DNA of 64,000 bases from Acidimicrobiia bacterium. GTDB taxonomy: Bacteria; Actinomycetota; Acidimicrobiia; Spongiisociales; ZC4RG35. Position numbers and translations under genes: made by a program. Numbering within the stretch: position 1 is the first letter of the stretch; each line of letters opens with the position of its first letter. The stretch lies in contig OZ244034.1 in assembly GCA_965215185.1 (NCBI GenBank), positions 768,001 through 832,000 of the forward strand, in the 5' to 3' direction. The notes beneath the pieces were generated by a model, which saw only the letters and a list, made by a program, of their open reading frames with translations, was not told where the DNA came from and did no database searches. This document shows, piece by piece, positions 28,461 through 37,949 of this stretch.

Positions 28461-31016
28461 TCACGGCTGTCGTAGGTAGTGATTAAGCTCAGCCGCCTGA
28501 CGCTCTCTAAGCAGCACATAGGCTTGGAGCCGTTCAAGAGCTTGGGCGGTGGCCTTCTCGGCATCGGGCAATTCAGTCTGCGACAGGAAAGTGGTGACCT
28601 GTTCGGCAATCTTCGTCTGGGACAGCAAATGAACGGTGTCCACCAGACGGCTGACTGTCATGGGCGGCATCGTTGAGATGAGGTCAGGCCAAAGCGCCTG
28701 TGCTTTTTGCCATGCGTAGGGTCCGGTACGCTTGCGGCGGAACAGTCCACCCACCACCCAGGCGGCGTCCTGGGCTCGGATAGCCTTTTCCATAACGGCC
28801 TGCAAAGTGGCGTCCACGCTGGATTCGGTCTCCACGAAGCTGATCGAGCGCAGGAACCTGAGCTTCTCCTGAGGCGAATCGGCGTTCTCGTAGAGAGCGA
28901 AGAGCCGCCCGTAAGTGTGATCGTCGCCGTGGGCGGCCATTGTGAAAAGGCACGTTTCAGCAACTTCTGGATCGACCTGCCGACGGTCGGAAAGCCACAT
29001 CTCGAATTGCTGCCGGGAACGGGCTATGTAGTCGGTGTCGCCAACCAAACGGCCGGCGGAGCCCAAAACTAGTCCGCGAAGCTGGCGGGTTAGATCAGTG
29101 TCGTCGGGATGAGGATCCCATCCCAGGCGGACAAGAGTGGGCTCGATCAGTTCCATTACCAAGTCCGAAAATCGGGCCTCGTTCTCCTCTGTCACCAGAT
29201 GGTGACGCATGGTTCCCAGCCCGCCCAACACCGTCGACCAGATTACGAACTCGGTCTCGTCCCGGTAGGCGGTGGCCATCCGAAGGTAGGACGAAGCGCA
29301 GATGTTCCCGCTTTCCACCAGCGCCCATGCGTCGTCGATCAGGCAAAACCGCTCCAGATCGTCCAGGGATTCCAGGTCGGTCAGCAGCCCTTCCTGAAGT
29401 GGCGCTGAATAGGCCACCCGATAGAAGCCGTGCCCTCCGGCGTTGGCAGTGATCCACTGAGCCGAGCCTGCGGTGGGCACGGTGGAACTGCGTTGGCCGA
29501 ACACCTTCTTCAGATGGAAGGCACCGTCGGAGGTACGGCCACGCAGTTGAGCCGGGACTTGCCAAAGGGTCTGGTCGTCGGAGGGGATTTTCAGGTGGCG
29601 CCGCTGGGCTACTTTGATGTCACCCCCACTTTCCGTCAACTCCAGCAGGGGATATCCCCTCTGCAAGATCCAGGTGTCCATGATCTCACCCACCGGCTCT
29701 CCCGAGGCGTGGTTGAGGCTTTCCCACAGATCGGCGGTGTCGGTGTTGCTGTAGGCATGTTCCCTCAGATAGTTTCCGACCCCCTCCCGAAATGTCTCCT
29801 CGCCCAGGTACTGCTCGATCATCCGCAAGACCGCCGAGCCCTTCCCGTAGGTGAGGGCATCGAACATTTCGTTGGCCTCAGAAGGTGAGTTCACCTCGAA
29901 CTCCACCGGTCTGGTGCTGGCCAGCGAGTCCACCCCATAGGCCCAAGGCCGTTCCCAACCAGCGAAAGACAGCCATCGCTTCCATTCGGGCCGCATGGCG
30001 TCGGCGGCCTTCATCTCCATGAAGGAAGCGAATGCCTCGTTTAGCCAAATGCCGTTCCACCATTTCATAGTGACCAGATCACCAAACCACATGTGAGCCA
30101 ACTCGTGTGCGATCACATCAAGGATGCGGGTCAGTTCTCCGGTGGTGGCGGTAGCGGGGTCGGTGAGAAGGGCTGTCTCCCGATAGGTGATACACCCCAG
30201 GTTTTCCATGGCCCCAAACGCGAAGTCGGGGATGGCCAGGTGATCAATTTTGTCGCCAGGGTAGGGGATGCCGTAGTAGCAGCGAAAATACCTGAGACAA
30301 AAGACCGCACATTCCAGTGCATAGTCGGCCAAGTACAGTTTGCCCCGGGGAGCCACCACACGGACTGCTACTCCGTCCACATCCACCGGCGGGGTGGCCT
30401 CAAAATCCCCGATCACAAATGCCACCAGATAGGTTGACATGGAGATTGTGTCGGCGAAGACAATCTCTGCCTTCCCGGCCTCCAATTCGGTGCGGTGGAG
30501 GTTTCCGCCATTGGAGAAGACCGCGAGGTGGGCTGGAACCACCAGCGTTATCCCGAACACCGCTTTGAAATCAGGCTCATCCCAACACGGAAAAGCCCGC
30601 CGGGCATCGGTCGCCTCAAACTGGGTGGTGGCGATCACCTGCTGCTTGCCATCGACGTCGGTGAAAGTGGAGCGGTAGAATCCGTGCAGTTGATCGTTTA
30701 GAACACCGGTGAATTCCATCACCAGTAGCCCGCGGCCGGCCGGGGCAGTGTCATTTAAGGTGACGACGGCCCGCTGGAGATCGGTTTGATAGTCGATCTC
30801 TGTCTCCAGTCGGCTTCCGGCGCTCGTCATCAGAGTGGGTTGGGATATCTCGAGATCTACCGCGTTGAGAACGATCTGATCCACCGGCTCGGTGATCTCC
30901 ACTTCAATCTCCACCCGACCTCCGAAGGTGCACTGCTCAAAGTCGGGTTCGATCCGCAAGTCATAGCGGTGCGGGACCACCGAGCGGGGGAGTCGGTGGG
31001 GATCGACCTTGCTCAT
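28461..31016 (-). CDS. pepN: M1-family aminopeptidase N (ERAP1-like C-terminal domain)
   Basis: TQFEATDARRAFPCWDEP, GAMEN, HELAH..WLNEAFA, YGKG; start MSKVDPHRLP. Confidence 0.95.
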   Translation of the reverse strand: MSKVDPHRLPRSVVPHRYDLRIEPDFEQCTFGGRVEIEVEITEPVDQIVLNAVDLEISQPTLMTSAGSRLETEIDYQTDLQRAVVTLNDTAPAGRGLLVMEFTGVLNDQLHGFYRSTFTDVDGKQQVIATTQFEATDARRAFPCWDEPDFKAVFGITLVVPAHLAVFSNGGNLHRTELEAGKAEIVFADTISMSTYLVAFVIGDFEATPPVDVDGVAVRVVAPRGKLYLADYALECAVFCLRYFRCYYGIPYPGDKIDHLAIPDFAFGAMENLGCITYRETALLTDPATATTGELTRILDVIAHELAHMWFGDLVTMKWWNGIWLNEAFASFMEMKAADAMRPEWKRWLSFAGWERPWAYGVDSLASTRPVEFEVNSPSEANEMFDALTYGKGSAVLRMIEQYLGEETFREGVGNYLREHAYSNTDTADLWESLNHASGEPVGEIMDTWILQRGYPLLELTESGGDIKVAQRRHLKIPSDDQTLWQVPAQLRGRTSDGAFHLKKVFGQRSSTVPTAGSAQWITANAGGHGFYRVAYSAPLQEGLLTDLESLDDLERFCLIDDAWALVESGNICASSYLRMATAYRDETEFVIWSTVLGGLGTMRHHLVTEENEARFSDLVMELIEPTLVRLGWDPHPDDTDLTRQLRGLVLGSAGRLVGDTDYIARSRQQFEMWLSDRRQVDPEVAETCLFTMAAHGDDHTYGRLFALYENADSPQEKLRFLRSISFVETESSVDATLQAVMEKAIRAQDAAWVVGGLFRRKRTGPYAWQKAQALWPDLISTMPPMTVSRLVDTVHLLSQTKIAEQVTTFLSQTELPDAEKATAQALERLQAYVLLRERQAAELNHYLRQP

Positions 31017-31018
31017 TG

Positions 31019-32467
31019 TCAAGCCGGATCGGGGTTGGGAGAGGACCAATCGGTGTGGAAATGCTCCTCGGCAGGCCGATCGATTCTCTGATAGGTGTGT
31101 GCCCCGAAATAGTCCCGTTGTGCGGCAACCAGGTTGGCTGGAAGTATTGCCGAGCGAAAGCCGTCGTAGAAAGCCAACGCGCTGGAATAACCCGGCGCAG
31201 GAATGCCTGCCAGGGCCGCTTTGGCCACCACCAGCCGCCACCCTTCAGAAGCCGTGGCTATCGCCCGGGTGAAATGCTCATGGACCAAGAGGTTGTCCGG
31301 CCGCGGATCCGAGCGGAAAGCGGAGATCACCTCTTCCAGAAGCCGGGCGCGGATGATGCAGCCGTTCCTCCACACTTCGGCGATACGCGCCAGGTCGAGA
31401 TCCCAGCCGAATTCTTGGGAGGCGGCATTCAACACCATGAACCCCTGCGCATACGAGACGATCTTGGAGGCGTATAGGGCGTCGTGAATCCAGCCGGCCA
31501 GCCGCGCCCGGTCTCCACTGAGAATGGGTGTCCCGGAACCGACTCCCGGGCCCGACAGCAGCGGGGAGGAGGCGACTCGATCCTCTTTGAGCATGGATAC
31601 CCCTCGGGCCATCACCGCTTCGGCCACCAGGGTCATGGGCTGGCCGAGGTCGAGCGCCACCTTGACCGTGTCCCGGCCGGTGCCTTTTTGTGAGGCCATG
31701 TCCAGAATCTTGGTCAAGAGAGGCTCGCCGTCTTCGTCCCGGCGAGCCAGTATTTCGGTCGTGATGTCAACCAAGTAGGAATCGAGTGGGCCACTGCGCC
31801 AAACGTCAAATAACTCGCTCATCTCCTGGTGGGTCATGCCGGTGGCTCCCAGCAATTGATAGGCCTCCGCCAAAAGTTGCATGTCTCCGTATTCGATGCC
31901 GTTGTGGACCATCTTCACAAAGTGCCCTGCCCCGTCGGGACCCAGCAGATCGCAGCAGGGAGTTCCGTCGTCCAGCTTGGCGGAGATGGCGGTGAGGGGA
32001 TCTTGGAGCAGTCGCCAGGCTGAGGCATCGCCGCCCACCATGATGGAGGGACCATGACGGGCGCCCTCCTCCCCACCCGAGACACCCACTCCCAAGTAGT
32101 GAACACCAAAGGGCTGGGTTTCGGCTCCCCGGCGGGCCGTGTCTTGGAAAAAGGAGTTACCGAGATCGGCGATCATGTCTCCTGGTGACAAAAGAGGCAA
32201 CAGACGCTCTATGAAAGAATCCACTGGCGCTCCGGCTTTAACCAGCAGCAGGATCTTGCGAGGTCGATCCAGCATGTCCACCAGTTCCGGTAATGTGTCG
32301 GCGCCCTGAACCGGCAGTCCCGCGGCGGATTCGGCCAGGAAACTGTGGGTTGTGGAAACGGTGCGGTTGTGAACCGCCACCCGGTAGCCATTGTCGACCA
32401 GGTTCAGAACCAGGTTTTGCCCCATCACGGCCAAGCCGATAAGCCCGATATCCATTGTTTTGTTCAT
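31019..32467 (-). CDS. gnd: NADP-dependent 6-phosphogluconate dehydrogenase
   Basis: GLAVMGQNL, GVSGGEEGA, KMVHNGIEY, QKGTG, AQRDYFGAH. Confidence 0.97.
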   Translation of the reverse strand: MNKTMDIGLIGLAVMGQNLVLNLVDNGYRVAVHNRTVSTTHSFLAESAAGLPVQGADTLPELVDMLDRPRKILLLVKAGAPVDSFIERLLPLLSPGDMIADLGNSFFQDTARRGAETQPFGVHYLGVGVSGGEEGARHGPSIMVGGDASAWRLLQDPLTAISAKLDDGTPCCDLLGPDGAGHFVKMVHNGIEYGDMQLLAEAYQLLGATGMTHQEMSELFDVWRSGPLDSYLVDITTEILARRDEDGEPLLTKILDMASQKGTGRDTVKVALDLGQPMTLVAEAVMARGVSMLKEDRVASSPLLSGPGVGSGTPILSGDRARLAGWIHDALYASKIVSYAQGFMVLNAASQEFGWDLDLARIAEVWRNGCIIRARLLEEVISAFRSDPRPDNLLVHEHFTRAIATASEGWRLVVAKAALAGIPAPGYSSALAFYDGFRSAILPANLVAAQRDYFGAHTYQRIDRPAEEHFHTDWSSPNPDPA

Positions 32468-32567
32468 AGCTACCCAGAGCAAGGGTAATCAGTCCAACCA
32501 CCTCAATTGGACACCGAGTCGGAACAGGAGGACGCAGTCGAGTTGTTGAGACGGTATCTTTGCGTTG

Positions 32568-34292
32568 ATGCGGTGGTCCAAGCTGTTCATACCCACCTTG
32601 CGGGAGGATCCTGCCCACGCCGAGGCGGTCAGTCACCGCCTGCTGCTGCGAGGAGGCTTCATACGGCAACTGGCTGCCGGCCATTACTCCATGCTGCCCT
32701 TGGGGCAAAGGGTGCGCGCCAAGGTGGAACGCATCATACGCGAGGAGATGGACGCCATCGGGGGCCAGCAGGTTCACCTTCCCGCTCTGCACCCCGCAGA
32801 CGTTTGGCGAAGATCCGGCCGCTGGGAGGTGATGGGAGAGGAGATGTTCCGGTTGCAGGACCGAAAAGGTATGGAGCACTGCCTGGGCATGACCCATGAA
32901 GAGGTGATTGCCCTCCTGGCAGGTGAGGTGTTCTCCTATCGGGATCTGCCACAGATCTGGTATCAGATCCAGACCAAATTCCGGGACGAGCCGCGTCCCA
33001 AAGCCGGGGTGCTGCGAGTGCGGGAATTCACCATGAAGGACTCTTACTCGCTGGATGTGGATCAAGCAGGTTTGGACATCGCCTTCAGTCTTCACCATCA
33101 GGCCTATGTGGCCATTTTCCGCCGGTGCGGTTTGCAAGCGTTGGATGTGGTGGCCTCCTCGGGGGCGATGGGCGGATCGGAGTCGGTGGAGTTCATGGTG
33201 GCCAGCCCGGCCGGAGAAGATTGGATCGTCACCTGCGACGGCTGTGACCACCGGGCAAACCTGGAGCGGGCCGTATCGGCCATTCCGCCCGTCGACGACG
33301 GTCCTTCCCAGGGGGAGACCGAGCTCTTGTCCACGCCCGGGATTCGTACCATCCGCTCCCTGGCCGAGGCCCACCCGGACCGAGCCAGCCCGAACCGGCA
33401 GATCAAGACTCTGGTCTACATGGTGGATGGACAGCTCACCTTGGTGCTCTTACGGGGAGATCACGAACTCTTGGAGCAGAAACTGGTGGATACCCTCGGA
33501 GTGGCGAATCTGCGTCCCGCGGCTCAGCCCGAGATCCGAGCCGCTCTCGGCGCCGATCCGGGCAGCCTGGGAGCTGTTGGGGTGACGCATCTACCCATCA
33601 TCGCCGATCAAACCCTGGCCGGCCGTCGCAATCTGGTGACTGGCGCCAACCGAGACGACTGGCACCTGACCTCGGTGGATGTGGAGAGGGATATCGCGGT
33701 GGGACAATGGGCCAACCTACGAGGGATAACGGCTGGGGAAGGGTGCTCGGAATGCGGCGGCGTCTTGAACGTGTGGCGAGGAATCGAGGTGGGGCACATC
33801 TTCAAACTGGGGGATCGATATGCGCGGGCGATGGGGGCCATGGTTCAAGATCAGCAGGGAGATATCAATCCCATTGTGATGGGTTCCTATGGAATCGGGG
33901 TGGAGCGGACTTTGGCGTCGGTGGTGGAGTTTTCCCACGACGACCGGGGGATTGTCTGGCCGGTGTCGGTGGCGCCCTATCAGGTGGTTATCACGGTATT
34001 GCGAGCCGACGACCCCGAGACCATGGCGGCGGGAGAGGCGCTCTACACCGAGTTGACCCAACAGGGTTTCGAGGTGCTGTTGGATGATCGCCAGGTGCGG
34101 CCAGGGGTCAAGTTCGCTGACGCCGAGCTCATCGGCATTCCCTATCGGATCACTGTTGGTCCGCGGGGCCTGTCTTCGGGCCTGGTTGAGATGACTACCC
34201 GCCGAGGGTCATCCACCGCGAAAGTCTCACTGGGGGAGGTGACGGAAGGGGTCAGTGCTTTGGTGAGAGAAGATTTGGGGTCATTGCAGTAG
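32568..34292 (+). CDS. proS: Proline--tRNA ligase (with editing domain)
   Basis: THEE, KFRDEPRP..GVLRVREFTMKDSYS, GIEVGHIFKLG, MGSYGIG. Confidence 0.97.
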   Translation: MRWSKLFIPTLREDPAHAEAVSHRLLLRGGFIRQLAAGHYSMLPLGQRVRAKVERIIREEMDAIGGQQVHLPALHPADVWRRSGRWEVMGEEMFRLQDRKGMEHCLGMTHEEVIALLAGEVFSYRDLPQIWYQIQTKFRDEPRPKAGVLRVREFTMKDSYSLDVDQAGLDIAFSLHHQAYVAIFRRCGLQALDVVASSGAMGGSESVEFMVASPAGEDWIVTCDGCDHRANLERAVSAIPPVDDGPSQGETELLSTPGIRTIRSLAEAHPDRASPNRQIKTLVYMVDGQLTLVLLRGDHELLEQKLVDTLGVANLRPAAQPEIRAALGADPGSLGAVGVTHLPIIADQTLAGRRNLVTGANRDDWHLTSVDVERDIAVGQWANLRGITAGEGCSECGGVLNVWRGIEVGHIFKLGDRYARAMGAMVQDQQGDINPIVMGSYGIGVERTLASVVEFSHDDRGIVWPVSVAPYQVVITVLRADDPETMAAGEALYTELTQQGFEVLLDDRQVRPGVKFADAELIGIPYRITVGPRGLSSGLVEMTTRRGSSTAKVSLGEVTEGVSALVREDLGSLQ

Positions 34293-34298
34293 GGAATC

Positions 34299-35084
34299 TC
34301 AGCGGAGCCGCGCTGCTCCGGCGTACACCACCATTTTCTCGGCCCGGACGAAACCGGCCAGGGTGATTCCCACCTCCTCAGCCAAGTCCGCGGCCATGGT
34401 AGAGGCGGCAGAGATGCCAGCCACCACCGGAATCCCGGCCACGGCCGCCTTTTGAGTTATCTCGAAGGAGATTCTTCCTGACACCATCAGGATCAACTCT
34501 CCCAACGGCCATCTCCTTTTGGCCATCGCTCCTACCACCTTGTCCACTGCGTTGTGCCTCCCCACATCTTCGGCGATGACCAGGAGTTCTCCTGCGGAGT
34601 TGAACAGGCCCGCGGCGTGAGAACCTCCCGTGGCGTTGAATGATGTCTGACCCTTGCGAAGAAGTTCCGGAAGGGCGGTAATGGTCTCCCTGGTGAGTTC
34701 GGGGCCCGCCGGAAGGGGACCGGAGGTGATCAGCACTGCGTCGATGGAAGCTTTGCCGCACACTCCACAGGACGAAGAGGTGTAGGTATTGCGGCGGAAC
34801 TGCTCGGGATCGATCCGGACTCCTTCGGCCAATTTCAGTTCGTAGCGATCCCCCGTGCCGATAGGGCGAACCGAGGCCACCTCCCCGGGTCCGGCGACTA
34901 TCCCTTCGGTGATCGCAAAGCCCAGCACCAGGTCTTCTTCCTGTCCAGGCGTCCGCATAACCACTGCGATGGGAACGCCCATCAGCCGTATTTCCATGGG
35001 GGATTCTTCCACCAGTCGATCAACCACTCGATGGGTTAGCAGTGGACCGACTTTCAAAACTTGCCGCTCGCTGTGACGAGACAT
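34299..35084 (-). CDS. fdhD: Formate dehydrogenase sulfurtransferase FdhD
   Basis: MRTPG, SSCGVCG, TGGSHAA, EDVGRHNAVDK, SGRISFE. Confidence 0.94.
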   Translation of the reverse strand: MSRHSERQVLKVGPLLTHRVVDRLVEESPMEIRLMGVPIAVVMRTPGQEEDLVLGFAITEGIVAGPGEVASVRPIGTGDRYELKLAEGVRIDPEQFRRNTYTSSSCGVCGKASIDAVLITSGPLPAGPELTRETITALPELLRKGQTSFNATGGSHAAGLFNSAGELLVIAEDVGRHNAVDKVVGAMAKRRWPLGELILMVSGRISFEITQKAAVAGIPVVAGISAASTMAADLAEEVGITLAGFVRAEKMVVYAGAARLR

Positions 35085-35151
35085 GACAGGAACAATAGGC
35101 CGGGGCACGGCCGGTTTCTCGATTTGCCCGGTTCGTGCGAGAATTGAACCC

Positions 35152-36234
35152 ATGCGAGTAGACAATTTCGGCGCTGGTCCCTGCACCCTTCCTCTCTCCA
35201 TTCTCGAAGAGGCCCAAGCTGAATTCTTGGACTTCGCGGGATTAGGCATGTCAGTGTTGGAGGTCAGTCACCGGACACCGGAGTATGAGGGAGTTCATGC
35301 CGAAGCGTTGTCGCTGGCCCGGGAGGTTGCTGGCGCGCCGGATGACTTCGAAGTGATGGTGATCGCGGGCGGGGCCACCATGCAATTCGCCCTCATTCCG
35401 CTCAACTTGCTGGTGAATGCACAGACCCGCGGAGCCTACATTAGGTCCGGCTCCTGGGGAAGGCTCGCTCTGGCAGACGCCCAGCGGTGGGGTGACGCCT
35501 ATTGCGCCTGGGACGGAGAACCTCACGGGTACCGCCGTATGCCGACTTCCTCGGAAATCGCCCTTGAGTCGGACACTCGATTCCTGCACGTGACTTCCAA
35601 TGAGACCATCGGTGGGATCAGGATGGTGGGGATGCCCGAACTCGGGGTTCCCCTGGTGTGTGACATGTCTTCGGATTTCTTGAGCCGCCCCATCAAGTGG
35701 GAGCTTTGTGACCTTGTGTATGGAGGGGTGCAGAAGAATCTCGCTCCAGCAGGCATGGGACTGGTCTTTATCCGCCGCTCGGTGCTGGAGGATGTCCCTT
35801 CCAACCTGCCCCGCTTTCTTGACTACCGCTGGTACGCAGACAAGGATTCGATGGGCAACACTCCTCCGGTCTTTCCCATTTACATGATGGGAAAGATGCT
35901 CAAACTGCTGCGCGACATGGGCGGTGTGGCCGGTTTGGAGCAGCGCACCGCGGAAAAAGCTCGGTTGATCTACGATGTCATCGATCAAAGCGATGGTTAC
36001 TACATCAGTCCGGTGCAGCGCCGATATCGTTCTCACACCAATGTCGTGTTTCTGCTTCCCACCGCCGAAGCAGAGTCTCAGTTCATCCAAGAAGCGACCG
36101 CTGCTGGCTTGATTGGTCTGAGGGGACATCTGTCGGTGGGAGGTTGTCGGGCCAGTCTCTACGCCGGTTTGGAGTTGGAGAGCGTTGCCAGGCTCGCCTC
36201 GTTCATGGATGACTTCCAAGAGACCAACGCCTGA
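35152..36234 (+). CDS. serC: Phosphoserine aminotransferase
   Basis: NFGAGP, SHR, NETIGG, DMSS, QKNLAPAG, NTPP, GHLSVGGCRASLY. Confidence 0.95.
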   Translation: MRVDNFGAGPCTLPLSILEEAQAEFLDFAGLGMSVLEVSHRTPEYEGVHAEALSLAREVAGAPDDFEVMVIAGGATMQFALIPLNLLVNAQTRGAYIRSGSWGRLALADAQRWGDAYCAWDGEPHGYRRMPTSSEIALESDTRFLHVTSNETIGGIRMVGMPELGVPLVCDMSSDFLSRPIKWELCDLVYGGVQKNLAPAGMGLVFIRRSVLEDVPSNLPRFLDYRWYADKDSMGNTPPVFPIYMMGKMLKLLRDMGGVAGLEQRTAEKARLIYDVIDQSDGYYISPVQRRYRSHTNVVFLLPTAEAESQFIQEATAAGLIGLRGHLSVGGCRASLYAGLELESVARLASFMDDFQETNA

Positions 36235-36310
36235 TTCCCCCAGCAACATAGGAAAAGTCTTCCAACCGGGAGGAGGGTTAGACTAAGCCCACAAAGAGAA
36301 ACGCGTTCGT

Positions 36311-36826
36311 ATGAACAAAACCAACACAATGTCCAAACTGACCATGACCGAAAGGTTGTCGGGTCTAATCAGTGCATATCTGGAGGCCGAGGGTTTGGAA
36401 TTGGACGATCTGCAGATGGTGGGGCACGGAGGGGCGAGAGTTTTGAGGGTGGTGGTTGACGCGGATGGAGGGGTTGTGCTTGATCGCCTGGCGGAGACCT
36501 CCCGACGGCTGGGGAGGCTGTTGGATGCCGATGACGAACTGCAGGGTTCTTACCGTTTGGAAGTGACTTCCCCGGGATTGGAGCGCCGCCTAAGGACTCC
36601 CCGGCATTTTGAGAAATCGGTTGACCGTGAAGTGATTCTGAAGATCCGAGGTGAAGATGGCGCCAAGACTCTTCGGGGTCGGTTGTCCTCGGCGAATGAT
36701 GAAGGATGCGAGCTTTTGACGGAGGGGGATCTGCACTGGTATACCTACCGCCAGATTCTTTCTGCCCGTACCGTTTACCGCTGGCAGAAGGCCCCTAAAC
36801 CCGGAAAGAACAAGGTGAGTTCGTGA
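36311..36826 (+). CDS. rimP: Ribosome maturation factor RimP
   Basis: LRVVVD..GV, YRLEVTSPGLERRL; upstream of nusA. Confidence 0.93.
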   Translation: MNKTNTMSKLTMTERLSGLISAYLEAEGLELDDLQMVGHGGARVLRVVVDADGGVVLDRLAETSRRLGRLLDADDELQGSYRLEVTSPGLERRLRTPRHFEKSVDREVILKIRGEDGAKTLRGRLSSANDEGCELLTEGDLHWYTYRQILSARTVYRWQKAPKPGKNKVSS

Positions 36827-37926
36827 AGATCGACTATCAGGTGATGGAGGCCTTGGAGCTTCTGGAGAGAGAGCGTGGGGTACCGGTAGAAACGATCCTG
36901 GACGCGTTGGCCAATGCATTGGTCTCTGCCTACAAACGCACCTCGGGCAAGGCCGAAGAGGCGCGGGTCACCATTGATCCCGATTCTGGAGACATTCGGG
37001 TTTTCGGCCAGATACTCGACGAGGAGGGGGCCGTGATCAGAGAATGGGAGGACGGGTCACAGGACTTTGGACGCATTGCCGCCCAGACCGCTAAGCAGGT
37101 GATCGCCCAACGGCTGCGCCTCGCCAAACGGGAGCAGATCTTTAACGCCTATGCCGGCCGGGAAGGCGATCTGGTTACCGGGATCGTGCAGCAGGTCGAC
37201 GGCCGATACATCATCTTTGATTTGGGCAATGCCGAAGCTCTGATGCCGGCTTCCGAGCGGATACCTCATCAGCTACTGGATAGGGGTAACCGGGCAAAAG
37301 CTCTGATACTGGAGGTCAAGAACGAACTCAAAGGGCCGCAGATCATTCTCAGCCGCTCGCATCCTGATTTGGTGCGTCGGCTGTTGGAATTGGAAGTGCC
37401 GGAACTGGTGGAGGGAGTGGTGGAGATCGTGGCTATTGCCCGGGAACCGGGACATCGCACCAAGATCGCAGTTGTTTCCCACGACCCCAATGTCGATCCG
37501 CGCGGCGCCTGTGTGGGTGCCCGGGGTTCCCGTGTGCAGCAAGTTGTCAAGGAACTGCGCAACGAAAAGGTTGATGTAGTCCAATACCAGGAAGATGTGG
37601 CGGCTTTCATCTCCGATGCCTTGGGGCCGGCCCGTATTCGCGAGGTGAGGATCAACGAAGAGGAGAAGAGCGCGGAGGTGATTGTCTCTGAACACCAGCT
37701 GTCTCTGGCCATCGGAAAAGAAGGACAAAACGCCCGTCTGGCCGCCCGACTGACCGGATATCGGATCGACATCCGGTCCGACGAACCACCTCTCTCTCCG
37801 GGTGCGGACAGGGCTGCACGACCGCCCGGATCCCGAATGGCCTCCGGCGCCCGTCCTAGGACTGGTCCAGGGCTTGCCGCACGACCGTCGCCCTACACCA
37901 CTGGTACCCGACCAAGCACCTCCTAA
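36823..37926 (+). CDS. nusA: Transcription factor NusA
   Basis: FGRIAAQTAKQVI, AREPGHRTKIAV, GACVGARGSR, LAIGKEGQNARLAARLTG. Confidence 0.97.
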   Translation: MKIDYQVMEALELLERERGVPVETILDALANALVSAYKRTSGKAEEARVTIDPDSGDIRVFGQILDEEGAVIREWEDGSQDFGRIAAQTAKQVIAQRLRLAKREQIFNAYAGREGDLVTGIVQQVDGRYIIFDLGNAEALMPASERIPHQLLDRGNRAKALILEVKNELKGPQIILSRSHPDLVRRLLELEVPELVEGVVEIVAIAREPGHRTKIAVVSHDPNVDPRGACVGARGSRVQQVVKELRNEKVDVVQYQEDVAAFISDALGPARIREVRINEEEKSAEVIVSEHQLSLAIGKEGQNARLAARLTGYRIDIRSDEPPLSPGADRAARPPGSRMASGARPRTGPGLAARPSPYTTGTRPSTS

Positions 37927-37949
37927 ACGGGGATCGTCTTTGGTGCAAT

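Noticed and set aside
31017-31241. N-terminal extension of pepN in the ORF track (similar extensions for fdhD, serC, alr, tsaB, truB)
   Set aside because: They overlap neighbouring genes; downstream starts match the family N-termini.
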